Origin: an uncultured archaeon
GTDB lineage: Archaea; Thermoproteota; Nitrososphaeria; Nitrososphaerales; Gagatemarchaeaceae
Assembly (NCBI GenBank): GCA_963817525.1
Contig: CAWFOU010000007.1
Span: 320,001-384,000 of the forward strand
Direction of reading: 5' to 3'
Length of the DNA stretch: 64,000 nucleotides
Part shown: positions 29,221 to 39,081 of the stretch, piece by piece
How the letters are laid out: every line of letters starts with the position of its first letter
Numbering within the stretch: the stretch's first letter is position 1
The notes under the pieces: generated by a model
What the model saw: the letters and a program-made list of their open reading frames with translations, nothing else
What the model was told of the DNA's origin: nothing
Database searches by the model: none
Made by a program: the position numbers and the translations under genes

Positions 29221-29897
29221 GCCCCATCCTCCGCGAGATCGCGAAGATGGTCCGCGAGACCAAGGACCCGAGGGCCACCGCCCTCTCCGAGCTCAAGGAC
29301 GCGGAGGACGGAGACCCCTTCAGGATACTCATCGGCACGATCCTCTCGCAGCGCACGCGCGACGAGAGGACGAGCCTCGCGACCGAGCAGCTCTTCAGGA
29401 GGTTCAAGGGGCCCACCGAGCTCTCCAGGGCCCGCGAGGCTGAGGTGAGGGAGCTGATCAGGCCCGTGGGCTTCTACAACATGAAGGCCAAGAGCGTCAT
29501 CAAGGTAGCGAAGAAGATCGTGGACGAGTTCGGGGGCAAGGTGCCCTCAGACATGGAGTCGCTCTTGTCGCTCCCCTCGGTGGGCCCTAAGACCGCGAAC
29601 TGCGTCCTCGTCTACGGGTTCGACAAGCCGGCGATCCCCGTGGACACGCACGTGCACCGCATATCAAACAGGCTCGGGCTGGTGGAGACCAAGACCCCCG
29701 AGCAGACCGAGGCGCAGCTCGTCAAGACGGTCCCTAGGCGCTACTGGCTGGAGCTCAACGAGCTCTTTGTGAGGTTCGGGCAGACGACGTGCAAGCCCGT
29801 GGGACCCAAGTGCTGGGAGTGCACGCTCAAGGCCAGGTGCAAGTACTACAGGGAGGTCGTGAGGCCGAAGCAGCTGGCGGTCGCGCGAGCGAGCTAG
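29193..29897 (+). CDS. nth: Endonuclease III
   Basis: Hh[20 protein letters not shown] and the [17 protein letters not shown] Fe-S motif. Confidence 0.93.
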   Translation: MADTKRPDIGPILREIAKMVRETKDPRATALSELKDAEDGDPFRILIGTILSQRTRDERTSLATEQLFRRFKGPTELSRAREAEVRELIRPVGFYNMKAKSVIKVAKKIVDEFGGKVPSDMESLLSLPSVGPKTANCVLVYGFDKPAIPVDTHVHRISNRLGLVETKTPEQTEAQLVKTVPRRYWLELNELFVRFGQTTCKPVGPKCWECTLKARCKYYREVVRPKQLAVARAS

Positions 29898-30436
29898 CCG
29901 GAAGCCTCGTCCTGGTACCTGCCGCTGTAGAGGCTCTTCGCTGGGGCCTCGTTCCTGATGAAGACGAGCTGGACGAGGGCCTCGTCCTTGTGGACCCTGG
30001 CGTCGATGGGCGTGAAGATGGTCTGCGTGGGCTCTCCCGAGTAGCCGCTGTCGAAGACCGCGCTCTCGAGCTTGATGATCCCGAGTCTGTTCACCGTGGA
30101 GCGGGGGAACGCAAACCCCGTGCAGTCCGCGGGTATCGTCACCTTGGGGAACCTCAGCTCGTAGAGGTTCCCCTTGACATAGTCGTAGAAGCCCTCCTCG
30201 TCCGGGCTCACGAGCTCCTTCACGTCCTTCACCTCTGGCTTCTGCGACTCGCGCCCCCTGGTGAGGGATGGCGCGACGTACCCCCTCTCCTCGCCGTGGA
30301 GGTAGATCTTGAAGCCCCGCGGGACCAGCTTGACCTCCTTGGGCGCGAGGTCCACGCCGTTGGGATTGACCTTCTTGTAGGAGGAGCAAGACTTCGCGAC
30401 CTCCTCGCCGCTGAGCACCGACACTGCGTCCGGCAC
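29894..30436 (-). CDS. dCTP deaminase/dUTPase family protein
   Basis: [28 protein letters not shown] and YSGRYQ motifs. Confidence 0.85.
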   Translation of the reverse strand: MPDAVSVLSGEEVAKSCSSYKKVNPNGVDLAPKEVKLVPRGFKIYLHGEERGYVAPSLTRGRESQKPEVKDVKELVSPDEEGFYDYVKGNLYELRFPKVTIPADCTGFAFPRSTVNRLGIIKLESAVFDSGYSGEPTQTIFTPIDARVHKDEALVQLVFIRNEAPAKSLYSGRYQDEASG

Positions 30437-30471
30437 GACTGGGGCGGCCGATAAAAGCGAATCCCCGGGCT

Positions 30472-30636
30472 TCAGCGCTTCCTGTTCCAGAGGAGGGTCT
30501 TGCAGTTGTGGCAGACGATGCCCTCGAAGACCGCGCCCTTCTTGTCACGGACCGGCTCGACGCTCATCATCGTCCCGCCGCATGAGAGGCACTTGATGTC
30601 CGAGGGCGATTGCGAGACCTCTCCCCAGTTCATCAT
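30472..30636 (-). CDS. Small zinc-ribbon protein
   Basis: CLSC...CHNC in a 54-aa ORF. Confidence 0.65.
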   Translation of the reverse strand: MMNWGEVSQSPSDIKCLSCGGTMMSVEPVRDKKGAVFEGIVCHNCKTLLWNRKR

Positions 30637-30798
30637 AAAGTACGTGAGGAAAAGAGGCGATACGGTGGTGATCAACCCCATCTTGGCATCTCTGCGAATG
30701 ATGCCCCCGGGGTCGCCGTTTCTTGCGGGCAAGAACTGGCGCCAGAAGGGAAGCGCTATGGTTTAAACCTCGCCCAGGCCCGCCCACCCCAGACGGAC

Positions 30799-32022
30799 AT
30801 GGAGAAACTGTTCGAGAGGTCTGTGGAGGACGCAAAGAAGCTAGTCGACCTTACGGAGGACGACTACAGGCTCTTCGAGAGGGTCGAGGCGGCGTGCGAC
30901 GAGCTCGTCTTGCCCGAGTTCGAGAAGTACGTCGAGAGGAGGTTCAACGACAAGATACCCGAGGTGGTCAAGAAGCACCGCCTCATGGGGATCCCGATAT
31001 CAAAGAAGTACGGGGGAGAGGGCTCGAGACCCCTTGTTCACGCTCTGGCGCTGGAGAGGTTCGGGCAGCTCGGCCTGGGCGTCATCACGTACGTGGACGT
31101 CCACCAGGCGCTCGGGAGCCTCACGGTCCAGGAGTGGGGGAACGAGGAGCAGAAGCAGAGATACCTCACAAGGGCCGCTACCGGAGAGGTGGTCTTCGCG
31201 TACGCGCTGACAGAGCCGGAGGCGGGGAGCGACCCCTCGGCGCTAAAGTCGACGTTCAGGAAGGAGGGCAGCAGCTACTACGTGACCGGGTCCAAGTACT
31301 TGATCTCCAACGGGTCGGTGGCCAACAAGCTCATCGTGTTCGCGCTCCCCGAGGGGCAGCCCAAGGGCGTGACCGCGTTCCTCGTTGACAAGGACACCCC
31401 CGGGTTCTCCGTGGAGATGAGGATGGAGGAGAAGATGGGGCTCTTCACCTCGGACACCTCGCTGCTGACGCTCGACAACGTGAAGGTCGACAAGGAGGAC
31501 GTCCTCGGGGAGGAGGGCAAGGGCCTCTCGGTCGCGTACGCCGCACTCCTCAACGGGAGGATGGGGATCGCCTCGGGGTGCCTGGGTGTCATGGAGGACT
31601 GCATCAACCAGGTGAAGGAGAGGGTGACCTACAGGACCCAGTTCGGCAAGCCCATCGGGAAGCACCAGCTCATCCAGAGGCACATCGCGACGATGGTGGC
31701 CAACCTGGAGTCTTCTCGGTGGCTGGTCTACCAGGTCGCGCTGAAGAAGGAGGAGTACGACAACAACAGGGGGAACCTCGAGATGAGGACGGAGGTCGAC
31801 AGGGCGAGCGCCGTCGCCAAGTACGTCTCGTCGAGGGCCGCCTACAGCACCGCGGACGCCGCGGTCCAGTGCTTCGGCGGGTTCGGGTACTCCATCCTGT
31901 CGCCGGTGACGAAGCACCTGCTCGACACGCGCGTCGCCAGGATCTACGAGGGGACGGACGAGATCATGGAGCTCAAGATAGCCTCCACGGTGCTCGGCAG
32001 GGAGTTCGAGGCGTACAAGTAG
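30799..32022 (+). CDS. Acyl-CoA dehydrogenase
   Basis: YALTEPEAGSD, GSKYLISNG, RTQFGKPIG, QCFGGFGY and IYEGTDEI motifs. Confidence 0.94.
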   Translation: MEKLFERSVEDAKKLVDLTEDDYRLFERVEAACDELVLPEFEKYVERRFNDKIPEVVKKHRLMGIPISKKYGGEGSRPLVHALALERFGQLGLGVITYVDVHQALGSLTVQEWGNEEQKQRYLTRAATGEVVFAYALTEPEAGSDPSALKSTFRKEGSSYYVTGSKYLISNGSVANKLIVFALPEGQPKGVTAFLVDKDTPGFSVEMRMEEKMGLFTSDTSLLTLDNVKVDKEDVLGEEGKGLSVAYAALLNGRMGIASGCLGVMEDCINQVKERVTYRTQFGKPIGKHQLIQRHIATMVANLESSRWLVYQVALKKEEYDNNRGNLEMRTEVDRASAVAKYVSSRAAYSTADAAVQCFGGFGYSILSPVTKHLLDTRVARIYEGTDEIMELKIASTVLGREFEAYK

Positions 32023-32127
32023 CGCCAGTCAGGTCCCAAGTACCAATACGAATGTCTTCGTTGTCGGCACGCCAGCTTTTCGGGGTCGGTCGGATATAAA
32101 AAACACAGGCCGCTCCTGTGGCCGGGC

Positions 32128-33678
32128 TCAGTCCATGTAGTCCAGGAGGGTGGTGGGCTTCTTGGGCTCCCTGCGGGCGGGCTTCGCCTCCCCTCCCTTC
32201 GGGGCGGAGACCATGCTCTTCATGAGCTTCTCACGGCGCAGGCTGCTGTAGAAGTAGGCTTCGTCGACCGTCCCCTCCGCGAGCAGGACTATCACCTTGC
32301 CCTGCATGGTCCTCCCCGTCCTGCCCTTGCGCTGGATCGCCCTTATCTCTGACGGGACCGCCTCGTAGAATACCACGAGGTCGACGTCGGGGACGTGGAG
32401 GCCCTCCTCCCCTATGCTGCTGCTGACCAGGACGTTGAACTCGCCCTCGGTGAACCTCTCGAGGACGTCGGTCTGCCTCTTCTGGTCCATCCCCTCGCTG
32501 TCCGCCTTGTTGGCCTGCCCCACGAACCTGTGCGCGCTTATCCCGTCCTTCGCGAGCGTCTCGACTATCGACTCGATGGTGTCCCTGTACTGGGTGAAGA
32601 CGATTATCTTGGAGGCCGGCTTGGCCGCGAACTGGCCCTTGACTATCTTCCTGATCTCGGTGAGCTTGGGATACTCGATCGCCTGGACCCGCTTCGCCTC
32701 GTCCTCGAGCATGATCCATCTGGGGTCCTTCATGAGCGCGGTGGCTGACTTGCCCTGTTCGGGCTTTTCCCTCATCCGCTTGAGGTACTTCAGAAGGACG
32801 TCCACCCCCTGCGTCTCCGCCAGCTCGAGGGCGTGGTTGACCATGATGGCCTGAGCCTGCGTGATCAGTGCCCCGTAGATGTAGCCCTTGTTCCCCCCGG
32901 CCCTCAGCCTAGCCACCATCGTCGCCCTGGCCTGGAGGAGGATCTTCTTGGAGAGCCGGGTCTTCGGGACGAAGCCCGACTCCATGAGCCTGTTCACCTT
33001 CTCGTTGTAGACGTCGCGAAGGATGCTTAGGAGCTGGCCGTACTCCTCCGGAAGGGCGACCTTCCTACCCTCGAACTCGGTGTGCTCCACGTAGCCCTTG
33101 ACGTCCTCGTCCTCCTCGCTCCTCGCCTCGACGTGTTCGATGAAGAGGTTGTTCACGATCTCGTTGATCTTCTCCCTCGAGCCACCCGGGGAGGCGGTGA
33201 GACCTAGTATGAGCGGGGTCCACGCGGTCTCCTTGTAGACCTTGGCGACTTCGGTATAGGAGTAGTCCTTCACCGAGCGGTGGGCCTCGTCGAAGACGAG
33301 GAGGACGACGTCGTTGAGGTCGATCCGCCCGTGGCGCATGTCGTTCCTCACCGTCTGCGGGGTGGCGAAGACGAACCTCGACCTTCTCCAGAGGTAATCC
33401 CTCTCCTCGGGGGGGTTCTCGCCGGTGAGGAGCGCGATGTCCTTGGCTTCCAGCGAGAGGATCTCCTTGAAGGAGTTGTAGTGTTGGAGGACGAGCGGCT
33501 TGGTGGGCGCGAGGACGACCACCTTCCCGTTCGGGAACTTCTCCAGCCTAAGCCTGGCGACCAGCAGGGCGATTATCGTCTTGCCCAGCCCGGTGGGGAG
33601 GACCACGAGGGTATTCGCCTCGGAGGCCGCTTTGGCTATCGTCTCCTGGTATCCGCGCGGCCGGAGGGGGCTCGACAT
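32128..33678 (-). CDS. Hef/FANCM-like SF2 helicase without a nuclease domain
   Basis: LPTGLGKT, DEAH, LTASPG and QRKGRTGR motifs; terminal TTLLDYM PIP-like box. Confidence 0.92.
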   Translation of the reverse strand: MSSPLRPRGYQETIAKAASEANTLVVLPTGLGKTIIALLVARLRLEKFPNGKVVVLAPTKPLVLQHYNSFKEILSLEAKDIALLTGENPPEERDYLWRRSRFVFATPQTVRNDMRHGRIDLNDVVLLVFDEAHRSVKDYSYTEVAKVYKETAWTPLILGLTASPGGSREKINEIVNNLFIEHVEARSEEDEDVKGYVEHTEFEGRKVALPEEYGQLLSILRDVYNEKVNRLMESGFVPKTRLSKKILLQARATMVARLRAGGNKGYIYGALITQAQAIMVNHALELAETQGVDVLLKYLKRMREKPEQGKSATALMKDPRWIMLEDEAKRVQAIEYPKLTEIRKIVKGQFAAKPASKIIVFTQYRDTIESIVETLAKDGISAHRFVGQANKADSEGMDQKRQTDVLERFTEGEFNVLVSSSIGEEGLHVPDVDLVVFYEAVPSEIRAIQRKGRTGRTMQGKVIVLLAEGTVDEAYFYSSLRREKLMKSMVSAPKGGEAKPARREPKKPTTLLDYMD

Positions 33679-33749
33679 GAAGGGCCTGTAGAGCGATTCG
33701 CGGTGTCTACAAATGCATTTGCGTCGGCGCCTCCGTGAAGGTTGGCGAA

Positions 33750-35063
33750 TCAGCCCTTCGTGATGCGCAGCCCTGAGGCGTCAAAAGCGAGCTGCCTCGA
33801 GTAGAGCCTCCTGATCAGGTTCATGTCCCTTTCGTCATGGGCCTTCGAGAGGATGATGAAGATCGATGTCGCGTCGCCTTGGCTGAGGATCTCGTTGGCC
33901 TGCCCGAGGAACTTGTAGGTATCCTCGAATCCCGAGTCCAAGACAAAAGAGGATATGTTGTCGAAGACCATCGCCTTGGACTGCTGAGGGGCGGAGGCGA
34001 AGGCTTCGTCTATGATGTTGAGGAGCGCCGCGAGGTCGTTTCGCGGGACCAACACTTCAAGCGGCCTTTCGCCTGGCTTTGGATAGGCGGTCTGTGAAAA
34101 GAGGAAAAAGCGGATGCCAGGGACCTCCTTCAGGCGGATGTACAGTGGGCTCGTCTTCGTCGTGAACACGAACACGATTCGCCCGGTCGCGAGCATCTCC
34201 TCTGCAAAGTCACGTATCCATACCTCGTAGTTGAAGGCCGGGTCTGCCTCGAGAAGCGCGGAGCCCTCGTAGGAGGACGCCGGGGCCCGCCGCGCGGCCC
34301 CAGAATCGAACTTCGCCGGTTGGTTCGCCGGCTGCACGCTCTCGAGTGGCCGTATGAGGTCCTCGAGGATGGAGTTCCGCCGCGCCGCCAGGCCTGTCAT
34401 CACAAGCAGGAGGCCCGCCACGAGTTGTCCTAGGCTGGCCGCGTCTATCCCCAAGCTCGGCAGATAGCCGAATACCAAGAGGCCGTCGAAGGCTATCAGG
34501 TCCCATCCTCCGACGAAGAGGGCGATGGCGCGCCTGGTCGCCCGGTCGGGGAGCTTCTTGATGGCCAGGACATACTGCATCGATGGAAGGAGCAGGAAGG
34601 CGCCGAAGGCGAGCACGCCGAGGAAGAGAATTGGGTCGTAGAATCGGGGGAGGAGCGCCGGCGAGCCTGTCCAGTCGCGGACCGTCAGTAACACGAATGG
34701 CCTCCTGATCACCAAGAAGGCGTCGACGGCGGCCAGGTATGCGATGAAGAGGAGCATGGACAAGCCAAAGGGGAAGAAGCGCGTCGTCGCCAGCCCGACT
34801 ATCCTGTCTCCGATGGTGGGCTCGGGCGGGCGGCAGTAGACGATGTAGGCCAGGGCTGTAAGGACTATCCCCGTCCAGAGGACCAGCGATAGCGTGGCGA
34901 CCGCGTAGAAATCCATGAAGCTTGGAGAGAAGGGAAGCGATACCCTCAGGAGTTCCAAGAAGAAGTTGGTCAGTATGAACGCGTGAGCGGCGACGAGCAG
35001 CAACTTCGCGTCATGGAGGCGGCTCAGCCTCTGCCTTAGGACGTAGCGGAGGGAGAGACCCAC
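33750..35063 (-). CDS. Multi-TM membrane protein with a C-terminal inactive KaiC/RecA-like (DUF835-like) domain
   Basis: 6-7 TM followed by VFVFT...MVFDNISSFVL; start uncertain. Confidence 0.6.
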   Translation of the reverse strand: MGLSLRYVLRQRLSRLHDAKLLLVAAHAFILTNFFLELLRVSLPFSPSFMDFYAVATLSLVLWTGIVLTALAYIVYCRPPEPTIGDRIVGLATTRFFPFGLSMLLFIAYLAAVDAFLVIRRPFVLLTVRDWTGSPALLPRFYDPILFLGVLAFGAFLLLPSMQYVLAIKKLPDRATRRAIALFVGGWDLIAFDGLLVFGYLPSLGIDAASLGQLVAGLLLVMTGLAARRNSILEDLIRPLESVQPANQPAKFDSGAARRAPASSYEGSALLEADPAFNYEVWIRDFAEEMLATGRIVFVFTTKTSPLYIRLKEVPGIRFFLFSQTAYPKPGERPLEVLVPRNDLAALLNIIDEAFASAPQQSKAMVFDNISSFVLDSGFEDTYKFLGQANEILSQGDATSIFIILSKAHDERDMNLIRRLYSRQLAFDASGLRITKG

Positions 35064-35355
35064 GGCCCCGAACTCGACGACGGCGAAGAGCAGATTGACC
35101 AGAGAAGGCAGCGCGGCCGTTAGAGTCCCCTCCTCTCAGGAGGCATTGGGAGCGCTCTCCCTCAGGGGCATATCTGTTTTCAGGCCTTTTTGCAGCATTC
35201 GTGTCGCATTTTAGGAAGATGGTTCATCCCATCTGGATGGATCCTCCATCGCCGCTGGATTTCAAAGAGCCCGCTCACTCGTCCTTTGGGCCCAGATGAG
35301 TCATCCAGAAACACACTTCTTATAATCAACGGTCCAGCCCCTGCACGAATCGAAT

Positions 35356-36312
35356 TTGGACCAGATCCGGGTCGAAGCTCCCGCCTCCTCGGCCAACCTC
35401 GGCCCGGGCTTCGACGTGTTCGCGCTAGCCCTCGACAGCCCCAGGGACAGCGTCCGCCTTCGGCTGGGGGGCGCGGGAGCGGGCGGGCCATCCGTCAAGA
35501 TGATGAAGGTCACCGGCCTGGAGGTCCCAAAGTCCGAGGGGGAGAACGGGGCATGCGTCGTCTGCCTAGAGATCGCCAGGGAGCACGGCATCAAGAAGGA
35601 GATCGCAGTGGAGCTAGAAAAGAGGGTTCCGATAGGCATGGGGATGGGGAGCAGTGGGGCTTCGGCCGCGGCGGCCGCGTTCGCCATGAACGAGCTGCTC
35701 GGGCTGGGCCTTACCTCGGACGAGCTGATCTTCTACGCCGGCAAGGGGGAGGGTGTCACCTCCGGGTCGAGGCACTATGACAACGTGGCCGCGTCCATCC
35801 TCGGGGGGTTCGTGGTGGTCAGGGGAGGGGAGGGCGAGAAGCCCGCGGCGGTCAGGTTCGACCCTCCGGCCGGCCTCGCGCTCTGCGTCGCGACGCCGGT
35901 TGTGAGCCTCCCGGGAAGGAAGACGGAGTACGCGCGCTCCCTGCTCCCGGAGTCCGTCCCGCTCGGGACGCTGGTCGAGAACGTCGCCAACGCCAGCCTG
36001 ATGGTCTCGGGGTTCGCCAAGAAGGATATCAAGCTCATAGGCAAGGGGATGACCGACAGGGCAGTGGAGCAGGCGAGGAAGTCCATGATTCCGGGCTTTG
36101 ACCGCGTAAAGTCCCGGGCGATCGAGGCCGGGGCGGAGGGGGTGTGCATCAGCGGGGCGGGGCCGTCGATGCTGGCGATAGTGGACAAGAGGAGGAGCAG
36201 GCCCGAGAAGGTCCTGGCCGCGATGCAGGGGGCTTTCGGGCACGAGAGGGTAAAGTCAAGCGGCTACGTCACAAAGGTCGGTAGGGGAGCCAGGGTTGTC
36301 AAAGGTCGCTAA
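35356..36312 (+). CDS. thrB: Homoserine kinase
   Basis: PASSANLGPGFD, PIGMGMGSSGAS, HYDNVA and ISGAGPS motifs. Confidence 0.95.
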   Translation: MDQIRVEAPASSANLGPGFDVFALALDSPRDSVRLRLGGAGAGGPSVKMMKVTGLEVPKSEGENGACVVCLEIAREHGIKKEIAVELEKRVPIGMGMGSSGASAAAAAFAMNELLGLGLTSDELIFYAGKGEGVTSGSRHYDNVAASILGGFVVVRGGEGEKPAAVRFDPPAGLALCVATPVVSLPGRKTEYARSLLPESVPLGTLVENVANASLMVSGFAKKDIKLIGKGMTDRAVEQARKSMIPGFDRVKSRAIEAGAEGVCISGAGPSMLAIVDKRRSRPEKVLAAMQGAFGHERVKSSGYVTKVGRGARVVKGR

Positions 36313-37522
36313 GGGGTGGACGCAGAGGTGTGTTGGTTGCGGGGCGATCTACCCGGAGGACGTGAGGAGCTACGTCTGCGGCAAGTGCGGGAACTTGCTG
36401 GAACTGGTCAAGGACAGCCCGGTCTCGAGGACCGGGCTATACGGAGAGTCAAGAGAGCCCGGCATCTGGAGATATAGGAAGGCCCTCCCGCTCGAGCCTG
36501 ACGTCGAGCCGGTCTCGCTCTCGGAGGGATACACCCCCCTCGTCCTGGTCGGGAGGATGGGGGCCAAGCTGGGGCTCAAAGGGCTCCACGTCAAGAACGA
36601 GGGGCAGAACCCCTCGGGGTCGTTCAAGGACAGGGGGATGACCGTCGCGGTCACGCGCGCGGTGCGCGGAGGGTCCAGGCTCCTCGTCTGCGCCTCTACG
36701 GGGAACACCGCGGCCTCGATGGCGGCCTACGCCGCGAGGGCGGGGGTGACGGCGATAGTCACCGTGCCCGCGGGCAAGGTCGCGTCGGGGAAGCTCGCTC
36801 AGGTCTACGCCTACGGCGCCAAGATTGTCCGGGTCGAGGGAGACTTCGACGCGGCGCTGCAGATCACACTAAAGGTCGCCGAGGAGATCAAGGAGCTCTC
36901 GGTGATGAACTCGGTTAACCCCTACAGGATAGAGGGGCAAAAGACAAACGCCTACGAGCTCTACGAGCAGCTGGGGTACAAGGTGCCCGACTACGTCGTC
37001 CTCCCCGTCGGGAACGCGGGCAACATCAGCGCCATCTGGAAGGGGTTCAAGGAGCTCAAAGAGTGGAGGATATCCGAATCGCTTCCCCGGATGGTGGCCG
37101 TGCAGGCGGCGGGCGCCCAGCCCATAGTGGAGGCGTTCGAGCACGGACGTGACTCGGTCGTCCCGGTCCAGCCCAACACGATCGCCTCGGCGATAAACAT
37201 CGGGAACCCAGCGTCTTGGAGGAAGGCCCTCGCGGCGATACGCGACTCGAAGGGGATGGCGCTCGCGGTGAGCGACGAGGAGACGATCGCGGCGAGGATG
37301 GACCTCGCCGCCACGGAGGGGATTTTCGTGGAGCCGGCCAGCGCCGTCCCGATAGCGGCGGTGAAGAAGCTCAGGGGAAAGATCCCGAGCGGCGCCACCG
37401 TAGTGTGCATCTGCACCGGGAACGGGCTGAAGGACCAGGAGAGCGTGAGGGTCCAGCTCGACTCGACCCCGCTGGTCGCCAGCTCGGAGCAGTTGGTCAA
37501 CCTCTTGGCGAAGACCGTCTAG
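36296..37522 (+). CDS. thrC: Threonine synthase
   Basis: NPSGSFKDRG, ASTGNT, NSVNPYRIEGQKT and PVGNAGN motifs. Confidence 0.94.
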   Translation: MSKVAKGWTQRCVGCGAIYPEDVRSYVCGKCGNLLELVKDSPVSRTGLYGESREPGIWRYRKALPLEPDVEPVSLSEGYTPLVLVGRMGAKLGLKGLHVKNEGQNPSGSFKDRGMTVAVTRAVRGGSRLLVCASTGNTAASMAAYAARAGVTAIVTVPAGKVASGKLAQVYAYGAKIVRVEGDFDAALQITLKVAEEIKELSVMNSVNPYRIEGQKTNAYELYEQLGYKVPDYVVLPVGNAGNISAIWKGFKELKEWRISESLPRMVAVQAAGAQPIVEAFEHGRDSVVPVQPNTIASAINIGNPASWRKALAAIRDSKGMALAVSDEETIAARMDLAATEGIFVEPASAVPIAAVKKLRGKIPSGATVVCICTGNGLKDQESVRVQLDSTPLVASSEQLVNLLAKTV

Positions 37523-37525
37523 GCC

Positions 37526-38239
37526 CTATGCGAGGCCTCGCAGGAACTCCAATACGGAGTCGGTGAACTTCTCGTTCTCCCAAAGGAAGAAGAGGTGACC
37601 TCCCCTGAATTCGATGAGCCTTGAGCCCTTGATCCCAGAGCGGAGCTCTTCGACAAGGCCCTTCGGGGCGAGCGTGTCCCTGTCCCCTCGCATTATGAGG
37701 GTGGGTGCGGCGATCCTGCCGAGTCGGTATGTGCAGTCGAATTTTGACGACGCCTCGAGCTGGCGGATGAAGGCATAGTGGGGCTGCGGAGATTTGCCGA
37801 ACGCTCCGCTCCCCGTGATGCGCTTGGTCAGCTTGCCGAACCTCAGGAACAGGGAGGACCTGCTCTCCCTGGTGACGCGGGCCGAGGTGGAGACGAGTAT
37901 CAAGGCCCTGACCATCTCAGGATATCTGATCGCGAGGTCCATCGCGATCCTGCCGCCCATCGAGACGCCGAGGACGTCCGCTCGCTTGACGTCGAGGGCC
38001 TTCATCAGGCCTGCTGCGTCGTCCGCCATCATCTCTATCGTGTAGGGAACGTCAGGCTTGTCGGTCTGTCCCGCCCCTCTGTTGTCAAACGCGATGACCT
38101 TCCGGTCCTTTAAGAAGATCGGGATCGTCCTCGTGAAGAGGGAGACTGCCGAGCCAAGCCCCCCTATCAGCAACAGAGGCTCTCCTTCCCCGTGGACCTC
38201 GTAGTGCACCCCTATGCCGTTGACTTTGGTCTTCGGCAC
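37526..38239 (-). CDS. Alpha/beta hydrolase
   Basis: DNRGAG, GVSMGG nucleophile elbow and GGH. Confidence 0.9.
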   Translation of the reverse strand: MPKTKVNGIGVHYEVHGEGEPLLLIGGLGSAVSLFTRTIPIFLKDRKVIAFDNRGAGQTDKPDVPYTIEMMADDAAGLMKALDVKRADVLGVSMGGRIAMDLAIRYPEMVRALILVSTSARVTRESRSSLFLRFGKLTKRITGSGAFGKSPQPHYAFIRQLEASSKFDCTYRLGRIAAPTLIMRGDRDTLAPKGLVEELRSGIKGSRLIEFRGGHLFFLWENEKFTDSVLEFLRGLA

Positions 38240-38249
38240 CCTCCCACCC

Positions 38250-39080
38250 TTACTCTAGGGGCGAGCCGTGGGGATGGTGGCGCGAGGTCAGCCGGATGAC
38301 GTTTGTCGTGTTCTTGCTGGGGCGGACCTCGACCGTGTCCCTCGTGGTGATCCTGAGGCCCTTCCTGGACTTGGTCACGCCGAAGAGGTGCGCGTCCGCG
38401 TCGCGCATCAGGCTGATCTTGAAGCTCGACCCCCACGGGACCGTGTAGCGGAGGGGGTGGACCTTCGAGCCCGCTCGGGAGGTGTAGGTGGGGGCTATGT
38501 GGCAGACGCCCACCTCGTCGTGCCCGATGAGCCTGAACTTCTCGGGCTCGAGCCGGTCGCCTTTGTCCAGCTTGTCGAGATAGGAGTAGTACCCCGTGGA
38601 GCCTGCCGAGGTCGTGAGCACGATGCCGTTAGAGACCGCCGAGTCGGTGAACTCCGCCCCCTTCCCGCCCACGCTCATGGTGTAGCGTATGCAGTTGCTG
38701 TCCGCGCCCTTCTCCAGCGAGACGTCGGTGAAGATCTCCCCCTTGAACTCCCCGCCGCTTATGGAGACCTCCAGGCGCTTGTGCCTCATGACTTCGTACC
38801 TGCCCGCCTTCACCTCGCGCAGCGCTGCCTCCAGGCCCGTGAGGTACACCTCGGCGAGGCGGGCCTTTGAGTCAGTTGGCCTGCGCGACTTGGTCCCGAC
38901 GAAGAGGAGGGGGATCGCGAGCTGCCTCCCCTGGTAGCTGAATAGGCCGTCGCCGCCGACCACCACGCCGAACGTGGGGCTGGCCGCGGAGTGCTCTATG
39001 CCCGCCTTTCTCAGGACGGAGACCACCTCGCTCTCGCTGACCTTGGGCCTTTCCGAGTCGACGAGGACAGCGGCCTTCAA
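38250..39080 (-). CDS. NAD kinase-like protein
   Basis: GGDG and TSAGSTGY motifs. Confidence 0.8.
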   Translation of the reverse strand: MKAAVLVDSERPKVSESEVVSVLRKAGIEHSAASPTFGVVVGGDGLFSYQGRQLAIPLLFVGTKSRRPTDSKARLAEVYLTGLEAALREVKAGRYEVMRHKRLEVSISGGEFKGEIFTDVSLEKGADSNCIRYTMSVGGKGAEFTDSAVSNGIVLTTSAGSTGYYSYLDKLDKGDRLEPEKFRLIGHDEVGVCHIAPTYTSRAGSKVHPLRYTVPWGSSFKISLMRDADAHLFGVTKSRKGLRITTRDTVEVRPSKNTTNVIRLTSRHHPHGSPLE

Positions 39081-39081
39081 G

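Noticed and set aside
35190-35780. Long alternative-frame ORFs here and throughout the GC-rich regions
   Set aside because: They are Arg/Gly/Pro-rich shadow frames overlapping well-supported genes
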